Below the pieces are notes generated by a model. It had not been told where the DNA came from. It ran no database searches and saw only the letters and a list, made by a program, of their open reading frames with translations. A program made the position numbers and the translations under genes. A DNA stretch of 64,000 bases from Paecilomyces variotii (lineage: Eukaryota). Of this stretch, positions 54,911 to 64,000 are shown piece after piece (the first letter of the stretch is position 1; every line of letters begins with the position of its first letter). The stretch lies in the NCBI GenBank assembly GCA_004022145.1, contig RCNU01000001.1; one strand, given 5' to 3'.

Positions 54911-55786
54911 ACGCAAAACACAGGAGAGTTAGTTCGATCCTGATTCAGAGTAAAGACAAAAACGAGAGGAAAAAAGAAAAGATACAACTAAAGAAAAAAA
55001 AAGCAGAGACGACGGTTAATCGAGGCGCTTGGTGGGGTTTTCTTTTTATTTATTCTTCAAACCGTGCTGTTCTCTTTTTTAACGTATTGACCCGGTGTTC
55101 TGCGGTTCGGTTTATCTCTTTTCTTTTCTGACCCTTGTTTGTTTCGCAGGGAGTGGATGTCGCTCATGGATGGATGAATGGGTTTGATTGATTGACTGCT
55201 TGGTTGATAGGCAGGATTTGTATTCAATGTAAACTAAACTAAGCTCCTGGATTCCTATCGATTCATGGTCTTGTTCGATAAGTCATTTTTATGTGTCCTT
55301 TTCTGGTCAAGGAAAGTAAGAGATATGTTTTTGCTAAGAACCTTTACGACTGTTTCCAGCTATTAGGCAAAATGAGGAATATATAAAGTTGACATAGTTA
55401 TATGTTTCTAGGCTTTCAACCAATTCGTGAGATCGAGAGTTAGCAAATACAAAGCAAGGCACTTGATATAAAAAAAGCAACTTAAGGGCGTATTCCTGAT
55501 TTTAAGACGCAACTCGTAATCTGAGACGGTGATGGTTCTTCGCTCAAGTTCGGAGAGAGGAAACTTCAATGAAACTCCAGCTTGAGAACATCGAATTAGG
55601 AACAAGCGGCCAGAACTGAAGCGCAAAAAAATCAAAGAGGAGTCAAAAGGCGGAATGGATTCTATGGTCGTGATCTACCTTATGCTGCGTTGACTCGTTA
55701 CTCGTTTGCAACAGGATAAAGGATAGAAATAGGGCAACAGCCGGATGATAAGAATAGCCAACGTGCGCATCGGATCTATATTCAGC

Positions 55787-56984
55787 TCACGCTTTTCTCC
55801 TTCTCAGCTCCTCGTTATCAGCCGCATCCACGGCTGAAGAGGTCTTTTCGAAGTGACCCTCTTCCTCTTCTAGTGTTGCGGCCGCATCGATTACAACGTT
55901 GGGAACGTCCTCCTTCTTGGCGGGAGGTTGACGGAATCGCTTCAGGACAGTCTCGACCATCTTCGAGAACCAGTAGTAATTAAGCGCATTCAGGGTCAGG
56001 TTGGAAACCACGTAGGTGATGACCAACCACTGTGGGACGCCGGCTGCGGTGTGATGAGCGAACTTGGAGATTTCCGCGTTCGCTCTGGCGCAGGTATCGT
56101 CAACGCACAACGTCCCGTTACGCTCCTGGAAAACCGTAGCACTAATGTTGACAGGCTCAAGCAGCTTCGACGCGGACCATGTATGCTTCAGAGCCATCCA
56201 CATGTCCTGATACACATAGACAGACTGCCAGGTGCCCCAGATTATACGGCATGAAAAGAAAACAGCCAGCAGGGTCATTCCGTTGTACCATTGAGCTTTG
56301 CTGCCAGTCATGTTGACCTTATCCAAGAACCAATGGATATTGAGGAACGGGCTCGATAGCTCGTAAAGGATGAAAGTTGGTGCGTAGAAATTTATGAAAG
56401 GTCTCTACACACTCATATTAGACCTCGATAATACCCGCAAGGCCTGCTTGCCAGTGCTACATCTGCTATGAAAGGAACAGACGACGACGCGTTGGTGAAC
56501 TTACAAATCCGAGACTGAAGACCCACAAGGCACTGACTGCATGGAACAGCATCCCGATTCCAAAGATGTCCAAGTGTACCGTACTGATGATCAGATCGTA
56601 GACGAAGTATCCGGCTGCCAGTGCCTGTACCAGACCGCAGCCTCCTGTATATCCGTACACTCGTTCCCCAGGGTTCATGGCCTTCCGCTCCTGGTCGGCG
56701 AACATGACCCAGAGAGCTACCACATTGATCAATACGCTCTGCACCAGCGAGACGACATGGACATCCCAGTTCAGCTTGGTCCGGGGATTGAACTTCGGAT
56801 AGATGCTGGGAAAGAGGCGTGCGGATAATAGAGGAGATACGAAGGAGTGGATGAACTGATATACAAGGAACGACCCAATCACCTCATGGATGTGCTCAGT
56901 TAGCGTCGGGAGATTGAGGTATGCTGCCCAGGGCTCTGTATAGGTCCGCAGCCACTGAGGCGGCGGAGGAAGAGGATCCAACAT
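55787..56984 (-). CDS. TLC (TRAM/LAG1/CLN8) domain membrane protein, TMEM56-like
   Basis: WDVHVVSLVQS, AGYFVYDL, LYELSSPFLNIHWFLDK, FFSCRI and LNYYWF. Intron 56405-56504. Confidence 0.9.
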
Positions 56985-57696
56985 GATTGATCGTGGAGTT
57001 CTATGGCAAGGGAAGAGTGCTACAGCCTTATAGGGCGTTGGAGAAGCTTAAACGACATAGGGTTGGTGAGAGATGGTGCTCAGACAGAGGCCATGATCAA
57101 CGAGAGAGAGGGGTAGAGAAGCTCTCCAAGAGCATCCAGCTTCGATAGCTGAAGGGATGAGCTTCCAGAGAGGCGAGGGGAGTCGGATGATAGATGATAA
57201 AATAGATGATAAACAGAGGAAGAGCAAGAAGAAGAGCGTGGCTCCTTTCGGTCCGCTGGGGACGCATGACGTTGCGTTGGGGTTGGCTGACTCAGCATTC
57301 TCATCCAGTCACATGGCTGACTGCTCATGACTAAGTCATTATTTAGTTCTATTTACTAACTATACAAGACCATTATTATTTCTACAAAGGACTCATTCTC
57401 TTTTCTGTGCATATCTAGCATCAATCGACTCGTATTGCATGTACCTCGTGGAGTATCTGGGAAAAACAAAGGGAATTCAAATCAAGGAACGCAACACAAA
57501 AGAAATTCGTCAACAAACGAATGACAGAGACGCCAGAAAGCAGAAACCCCGTTTCACTCCACACTCCAGCGCTCAACTTTCCGACATCAAACAGAACGAA
57601 ACGCTCATATACGAAGAAACATAACCATGGCTTCGGAACATGTGGGTGCTATCACTGATGATTTCTTTTCACCTTCACTGCATACAACGTAGACCT

Positions 57697-60600
57697 TTAG
57701 TCTCCGTTTGCGCTCGCTCCGCTCGGGATGTCCGTTCCGAGACCGCTGTCATTCTGATGAGCCAGATCTCCGATTTTGGGTGGAGGTTCCAGTTCGGGGA
57801 GTCCCTTCTCGTCGAATCCACGAGGGTGCTCATCAGAAGCCTCCTCGTCACCAACGGTAGAATGAGCGTCAGCATAGTCGGCATTTCCGTCACGTTCGAC
57901 CGCATCGTCTTCGCTATCACTGGCCTCGTGATCATCGTGCTGGTCCTCCTTTTCCTCACCAGCGTCATGAGCTTCATGATCCTCATGCTGTTTCTCGTCC
58001 CCGTGGTCCCGGGTATCTGGAAGAACGGAACCCTCGTGCTCAGCAACTAGTCCGTTTGTTGAGCTGGCGTAGCTGACCTTGCGGTCGGCTGACAAGGCAC
58101 TGCCGGTGCCATACATCATACTGTCAGTATAGGTGCCCGCATAGCTAGTGCGTCTCTCAGTTCCGGTGTCACTCTCGTCGCCCGACTGGTTCTCGTCCTC
58201 TTCGTGGAAGATCTCGTTCTCTTTGTTTCCTGTCGAGCTCCGAGCCCCCCAGGAAGCTTTCCGGGATGCGGCGTTCGACTTTACCGAGTGACTCCGTTTC
58301 ATATTGCTGATCCCACTGTTGGGAAGCTGGGAGAGCATGCTCTGCCGGTCGGTCAGGCCCCTGTTGCCAGTAACATGACTCAAACTAAGAATTCGCCTTT
58401 CCTTGCCGGGGTTAGGTGAGACGGTTGATCCGGATCGGGTTTTCACTGCGCTGCGTCGCTTCAGAGCCATCCCGACACCGCTGCTGACAATGCTATTGTT
58501 GTCCTTGAAAGTGTTGACGGTACTGGCGCGACTGGCCTTGGTGGCAGTGCTCGCAGCACTAGGGACTCTCTTCAGGTTCATGTGCCGTGTGGTGCTTGGC
58601 CGGATGAGCAGACTCCTGGCGTGGTCTAGGACACCCTCCAAAATCCTTCTCTCTAGCGATTCGGCCCGGTCTTCCATGACTTGCATTTCTTCATGGCGAA
58701 TCTCCAAAGCGGTTTCGAGACCGGAGAGCTCCTTGGATAGTTTATGATTCTGCTTGGTGAGATCTTCCTTTTCCTGCTTGAGCGCTTGGATAACGCTCAG
58801 GAGGGAGTCTTTCTCTTCGTGGAGACCCAGAATTTCTGCCTCGACCTTCACTTTGTCTGCGATGCTCCTTTCGAGAGCGGCGGCGGCTTCGTCTGCCTCA
58901 CGTCTCTTCCTCTCATTATCCTCTTCGATGAGCCTGGTCTGGAAAGTAAACATCTCGTTCATCTGCTGAGATGCTGCCATCACCTGCTGTTGGATCGCGT
59001 CAAGCTTCTCCATCTGAGCAGTGGACGCGCTTGCGGTTGAGATGTGGTTAAGCAAGGTGTCGAGCTTCTCATGCACTTGAGAGTCATCGTATTTCTCCGG
59101 CGGAGGGATCTCTACAGGCGGCGGCAACGCAGGCAGTAGCGGAGTGATGGCGTTAGGGATGGTACAGAGATCATTCTTCAGTTCCTCGGTGGACTTCTGA
59201 GAATGTTCGTAATGCTGGCCAACAATAGACAAGATATCCTTGATGGTGTTCAGGATCTGAGGGTGATACTCTTGCAGTTCTGTCTGAACCCGGTCCGTAG
59301 ACGCAGATGTCTTCTCTAGTTCCGCCTTGGCTTGCTCCTGAGTTGACTTCACCTCGTTATGCATCTCTTCCATCTTCTTGTAGGATTCATCCACCTTTTC
59401 GAAGAATGTCCTGGCGTCTTCAGTTATCCGTTCGCAGGCTTCATTGACACTATTGCCCATGGCGCCGATAACGAGTCTGATATCCTCGGCAACAGCCTTG
59501 GTGCTCGTGAGTGCCTCGATGTTGGCCGCGTCTCGGTCTTCGATCTCAGAGAACTTCGACTGCACCGTAGATTGTGCCTCGTCATACTTGCCAAGGACTT
59601 CGCCCAGCTTCTCGTCAATCTTGGTGCCAAGCTCAACGATAATAGCTGCCCGAACTTCATCCTGTTTAACCATGATCCCCGCATCTCGCTCCTCTGTCTC
59701 AACCTTGGTGGCCTCGTGGTCATTGCGCACTCGCTCAAATTCGTTGTTAATGAGGTCAGTAAGCTCCTTAATGCTCTCAACAGTGCTAAATGACTCTGCG
59801 GAAGACGCTAATCCTTCAAGGAGCGTCTTCAGTTCATAGAGGCCTCCATTGCTGCCGTCGAGCTTACTGGTGAGCTCTTCGCGAAGCTCATCGACCACGG
59901 ACTTGGCCTCTTCGATCTTCTCCGCAAGGCCACCGTGTTCAACTTTCCGTGCCTCGAAGGCTTGCGCAGTAAGCTCATTTTCGGCCTCGACCGTCTCCTT
60001 AAAACCGGCAACAAGCTCGTTGAGTTCCTGGATCTCAGCCTTTGTTGGTAGAGTCTCTACATCAGGGAGCTTAAGCTCGTCAATCTGGGTCTTGACTTGG
60101 AATATCATAGCCTCAACTGTCTGCAGGTCCGCTTTAACAAGCTTCTCCGTGTCCTCTTCAGAAGACTCCTCGGAAGGCTTCACCTTGTTCTGGACTTCTT
60201 CAATCGAGGCCCAGATGTCCTTCAGGAGAGCCTCGAGGGTACCGATGTCGGCTTTGGTTGAGCCTTCAGCCTCCATGCGAGCGGCGAAGTCATCGACAGC
60301 CTCCTTGGTCTCTTTGAGAAGAGCCTCGACTGCGGAGAGCTGCTCTGTCTTGGCGATTTCGTCCGGATCCGGGAGAACGATCTCATCGATCTTGGCCTTC
60401 GTGTTCTGCAGCAAGGTTTCGATGGCATCTGTGTCTTCCTTCTTTGCGAGGGTATCATCCATTGGCAGGTCCCGGGTGCTGGCTTCTGCCACTGATCCCT
60501 GGACCTCCCGCACGGCGGCCAAGACCTCGTTCAGGTCCTCTCTCTTCAAAGCATCTTCTGCGGGCTCTGCAGCGGTAGGTGGTTCCATAGCCTCGACCTT

Positions 60601-63600
60601 GATCTGAAGCTGCGTAATGAGCACTTTCAGGCCCTCAATATCACTGCCAATGGAGCCCTCGTTGGCAAGCATGAGCTCTCTGCCACGACTCGTATTGGCC
60701 TCCTCGAATTCCTTCTGTGACTCGCGAATAGATTCCATCTCTGCCTTTATTCCTGCCATGCCTTCTCTTAAAGTCTCCAGAATCTCATTGCTGTCGTTCT
60801 CGGAAGGTTTGTTCAATATCCTATCCAGGTCGGCACGGATTACATCGACTCCATCGTGGAAAGCGTCAAGTAGCTCGCCAGTGCTGGAGTAGATGCTCTC
60901 GTTGCCATCCCGTCTTTGCGAAGTCTCATCTTGCATCGTCTGGAACGCGTCCTTGAGAGAAGTTATAGCACTTAGGATCTCGTCCTTGTCGGCAGACGGT
61001 TCTGACCGCACCATGCTCATGGCGATAGTTTCACGAAGGTGCTCGAACTCCTCCTTGAGAGGGTTGACGATACTAGAACTGTCAGGTGCTCTCTGGTTAT
61101 CCGTGATATCGCGAATTGCGTCCAGGATCTCTTCTTTATCACTCGACCCGGTATTGCGGATCAGGAGACTGCCGAGGGTCTGTCGCAGGTGCTCAAACTC
61201 TTTCTCCATCGCATCGAGGAGATCTGTCGTCTCAGGATTGTGGCCTCCAATCGCACTAACAGCAGTTTCGGTTATCGTCCTCTCCATATCAGCTTGGAGT
61301 AGTCTGAACCCTTCCTTGACCGTATCGATTATCTCGTCCTTGCCTGTAACATCAGAGGCACGATCAACGTAGGACTCAATTTCTCCTCGGAGGACCTCGA
61401 GGCCGTCTTTCATGGCATCGAGTACCTGCTCTGTGTCTCGGCCGTTTGCAGCGGAATATTGTTTGAACTCATCTTTCATCCCTTCGAGGACATCGTGCAG
61501 ACGGTCCAGAATTTCCTCGCCAACGTTGAACTTAGTCTCATGGGCGACTTCCTGAAGGCCTGATCGGACTGCTTCGTGAAGGTCCTCCTTGTTCAGCTCG
61601 ATGTCCTTGCCCGTGGATGGTTGATTGGCAAGTGCACCTGCGATTGTCTCCAAGATCTCTTCACGCGAGATAGTTGGCTGTACATTGGTCGTCAGGGCAG
61701 TGTTCTGCGCAGCAAATGCTTCGTTTACTGCGTATACAATGTCGTCTCTGGTGATGTGTGGTTCCGAATAGCCCATGTCCTTGACAGCCGCGTGGTGAGC
61801 AGCAAGACCATCAGTCACCGCACCCAGCACGTCGTCGCGCGTTATTCCTGATTCTAGCAATTCTCGGGTGAGACCACTGTGCCCAGCCATACCCTCTGAG
61901 ACTGCTGCCAGAATATCATCGCGCGTGAGGGAAGGCTCTCTGTCGGACGGCTGAGGTGAAGGGAGTTCGATGCTCTCGAGACATTCACGGATGGTCAAGA
62001 TGATGTCGTCCCTGGTGATATTTGGTTGAGCGTCTACCATAGGGGGTGTGAAGCTTTTCAGGCCCGCTTCGACTGCAGCAACCATTTGGTCGTATGTGAT
62101 GCTTGGCTCATGTCGCGGCTGGTAGGCTTTCAAGCCTTCGGAGAGACATTCGAGAATCTCGTCGCGTTCCAATCCGAAATTTTGAAGTTCGATCTCTGGC
62201 TTGTAGGTTTCCCAGGCTTCCCTAACGGCCTCAAGTATGTCTTCCTTCTCTATTCCAGATGATGGAGGCTCAGAAGCTGCCAGTTGCGACAATGGCAATT
62301 CGGACAGAGCGTTCTTCACCGCGTTGTAGACATCAGTGCTGTCTACACTTCCTCGAGAGACCTCAGACGACAACGATTCTCTTCGGTTCTCTCGAATCAT
62401 GTACGTCATGTGCTCTCTCAATTCCGCGAGACTATTTTCCACGATGGCTGCAATCTCCTCTTTGTTTGGGCCCGTTGGCTGTCCGGCCTCCGCCGTTCGC
62501 AAAGCCTCAGCTTCTTCGAGCTTTCGGGCGATGTCTCTGCCCATCCCCAGAACCTCACCACGTAGTTCCCGGACGAGGGCCTTGACTTCGTTGGTGAGAC
62601 CTCCTCCCTCGACCACGCTGTTCTTCAGCCTCTTTAGGAGATCCATTATTTCTCCAGGCAGAACATTGTTGCCGGGTGTCAACGAGTTCCCATCAAGAGT
62701 GCCTTCTCCGGAATGGACCTGGATCCTACCCTCGAGTCCGGAGCCGGCTGGCCGGACAGAGGGGGAGAGAGATCTTGATCGGCTACCTGGTTGAGGAGGA
62801 TTGTCGCTTAGGCCTGCCACGACCCTCGAGCGAACAAGAGCACGGGTTCCAGATTCGTCCTTTACCAGGTTAAGAATCTCCTCGAGCATCTTGGTTATCG
62901 TCTTATCGGCGTCCTTGTCAGCTTCATTCTTCGTTGGCCTGGACTTGATCTCATCCACAAGCTCGATCAGCTTCTCCTGTCCCTCTTGCGTAGCCATTTC
63001 ACGCAAAACCTTCTCCAGGAGAGCAATGCTGGCGGAACCATCCGAGATAGGCGCGGGAGACCCGCACAATTCCCTCTCCATGGCGGCGGCAAAACTATTC
63101 GGAGTGGGTATTCGGGGAAGCGTGTAGCTTTTCCTTGAGCTTGGGGAACTGTCGTATGCTCTATTATCAATCATGTAACCAGGGCAGATGTGGGTAGAAT
63201 GTGCTGACCTTCCTGCTGCTTCCGGATCCAGGAGCTTTGAGCTTATGTTGTTTGCCAGCTCGCGGAGGCTCTTCCTGATGTCCTCATCTCGGGCATTAGT
63301 GGCCGCCTTGAGACTGATCAGATCCGTAGCATTGTCCTTGCTACGGCGGCTCAACTGGGCCATCTCTCGCTGCAGGTTGGTTGCAATACTGGTGAGACTC
63401 AAGATCTGTGTTGAAAGAGCATCGAACGTCTGGCTGGGTAAGCTGCTGCTGTTATTGCTGCTGCTGCTGTTACCCCCAGATGTGTTCGTGCCATTCGAAG
63501 GCGCAGGCTCGTTCTCGCCTGGGAGCTTCATGTTCTGGAGAGCCAACATCGTAGCAGATGGAGGTGTATTCTCTCCCAGGATGGGCTTTGACAGGAACCG

Positions 63601-64000
63601 GTTGGATATCCGGAATGACGGAGTCTCGTTGTCTGAGTCCCGGTTTGACGAGCCCGGCCGGGTGGGAGTCTTCTCCACTGCTTTATCAGCGTTATCGAAG
63701 ACAGATGCGCGCGACGGCCTCTCGGGAGACCGACTCTCCAGGTAGCTGCGAAACTCCGCTCGAGGGTCACCGCTCTGCTGCGCGAAACTCTGCATCCGCT
63801 TGTGATACTGCCCCTTGATGAGCGACTTCTCCGGCGACGTTGGCTTCAACGGCATCGGGTTGGTCGTGTATGAACTGGGAGCATTTTCACGCATCTTCTC
63901 GGTTAGACCTGCTGCAACAGCCTGGATGTTGGGCGATACATTTGATCGCGTAGTCGGGCTGCCACCAGGGTTGAGAGGGAGAGGGGGAGGAGCTCTATCT
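57697..64000 (-). CDS. Large acidic coiled-coil/helical-repeat protein (>2100 aa, 5' end beyond window)
   Basis: 2065-aa ORF whose frame stays open to the window edge (DRAPPPLPLNP...); E/L-rich heptads, internal repeats and disordered termini. Confidence 0.88.
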   Translation of the reverse strand, partial: DRAPPPLPLNPGGSPTTRSNVSPNIQAVAAGLTEKMRENAPSSYTTNPMPLKPTSPEKSLIKGQYHKRMQSFAQQSGDPRAEFRSYLESRSPERPSRASVFDNADKAVEKTPTRPGSSNRDSDNETPSFRISNRFLSKPILGENTPPSATMLALQNMKLPGENEPAPSNGTNTSGGNSSSSNNSSSLPSQTFDALSTQILSLTSIATNLQREMAQLSRRSKDNATDLISLKAATNARDEDIRKSLRELANNISSKLLDPEAAGRSAHSTHICPGYMIDNRAYDSSPSSRKSYTLPRIPTPNSFAAAMERELCGSPAPISDGSASIALLEKVLREMATQEGQEKLIELVDEIKSRPTKNEADKDADKTITKMLEEILNLVKDESGTRALVRSRVVAGLSDNPPQPGSRSRSLSPSVRPAGSGLEGRIQVHSGEGTLDGNSLTPGNNVLPGEIMDLLKRLKNSVVEGGGLTNEVKALVRELRGEVLGMGRDIARKLEEAEALRTAEAGQPTGPNKEEIAAIVENSLAELREHMTYMIRENRRESLSSEVSRGSVDSTDVYNAVKNALSELPLSQLAASEPPSSGIEKEDILEAVREAWETYKPEIELQNFGLERDEILECLSEGLKAYQPRHEPSITYDQMVAAVEAGLKSFTPPMVDAQPNITRDDIILTIRECLESIELPSPQPSDREPSLTRDDILAAVSEGMAGHSGLTRELLESGITRDDVLGAVTDGLAAHHAAVKDMGYSEPHITRDDIVYAVNEAFAAQNTALTTNVQPTISREEILETIAGALANQPSTGKDIELNKEDLHEAVRSGLQEVAHETKFNVGEEILDRLHDVLEGMKDEFKQYSAANGRDTEQVLDAMKDGLEVLRGEIESYVDRASDVTGKDEIIDTVKEGFRLLQADMERTITETAVSAIGGHNPETTDLLDAMEKEFEHLRQTLGSLLIRNTGSSDKEEILDAIRDITDNQRAPDSSSIVNPLKEEFEHLRETIAMSMVRSEPSADKDEILSAITSLKDAFQTMQDETSQRRDGNESIYSSTGELLDAFHDGVDVIRADLDRILNKPSENDSNEILETLREGMAGIKAEMESIRESQKEFEEANTSRGRELMLANEGSIGSDIEGLKVLITQLQIKVEAMEPPTAAEPAEDALKREDLNEVLAAVREVQGSVAEASTRDLPMDDTLAKKEDTDAIETLLQNTKAKIDEIVLPDPDEIAKTEQLSAVEALLKETKEAVDDFAARMEAEGSTKADIGTLEALLKDIWASIEEVQNKVKPSEESSEEDTEKLVKADLQTVEAMIFQVKTQIDELKLPDVETLPTKAEIQELNELVAGFKETVEAENELTAQAFEARKVEHGGLAEKIEEAKSVVDELREELTSKLDGSNGGLYELKTLLEGLASSAESFSTVESIKELTDLINNEFERVRNDHEATKVETEERDAGIMVKQDEVRAAIIVELGTKIDEKLGEVLGKYDEAQSTVQSKFSEIEDRDAANIEALTSTKAVAEDIRLVIGAMGNSVNEACERITEDARTFFEKVDESYKKMEEMHNEVKSTQEQAKAELEKTSASTDRVQTELQEYHPQILNTIKDILSIVGQHYEHSQKSTEELKNDLCTIPNAITPLLPALPPPVEIPPPEKYDDSQVHEKLDTLLNHISTASASTAQMEKLDAIQQQVMAASQQMNEMFTFQTRLIEEDNERKRREADEAAAALERSIADKVKVEAEILGLHEEKDSLLSVIQALKQEKEDLTKQNHKLSKELSGLETALEIRHEEMQVMEDRAESLERRILEGVLDHARSLLIRPSTTRHMNLKRVPSAASTATKASRASTVNTFKDNNSIVSSGVGMALKRRSAVKTRSGSTVSPNPGKERRILSLSHVTGNRGLTDRQSMLSQLPNSGISNMKRSHSVKSNAASRKASWGARSSTGNKENEIFHEEDENQSGDESDTGTERRTSYAGTYTDSMMYGTGSALSADRKVSYASSTNGLVAEHEGSVLPDTRDHGDEKQHEDHEAHDAGEEKEDQHDDHEASDSEDDAVERDGNADYADAHSTVGDEEASDEHPRGFDEKGLPELEPPPKIGDLAHQNDSGLGTDIPSGASANGD

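Overview
This is eukaryotic, intron-rich DNA from a filamentous ascomycete. GT..CTRAC/T..YAG introns of mostly 50-100 nt and the protein sequences point to Eurotiales (Aspergillus/Paecilomyces-like; the taxon is an inference). The first ~20 kb is gene-sparse: an NPL6/RSC7 homologue and the Sch9 kinase sit among 4-6 kb TpA-rich intergenic blocks. From 20 to 64 kb there is a dense housekeeping run: F-box/LRR-like protein, RPT5, a 12-exon trimethyllysine dioxygenase, MaoC dehydratase, HMT1, PER1, AGM1/PCM1, RRP3, SSF1, RIB5, family III CoA-transferase, PHD protein, intron-containing tRNA-Lys(CTT), CodA-like amidohydrolase, SDR, SOF1, RPN6, BAF60/Snf12, TLC protein and a >2000-aa helical-repeat protein that runs off the window. 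I found no transposon, CRISPR array, rRNA, riboswitch or clearly novel multi-gene system. The best leads are modest: a possible in-frame exitron and an overlapping uORF in sch9, a tRNA 33 bp behind a Pol II stop codon, a deaminase-like enzyme with substituted catalytic residues, an uncharacterised repeat protein, shared extended E-boxes and a RIP-like footprint. Splice junctions were derived by hand and not checked against RNA data.
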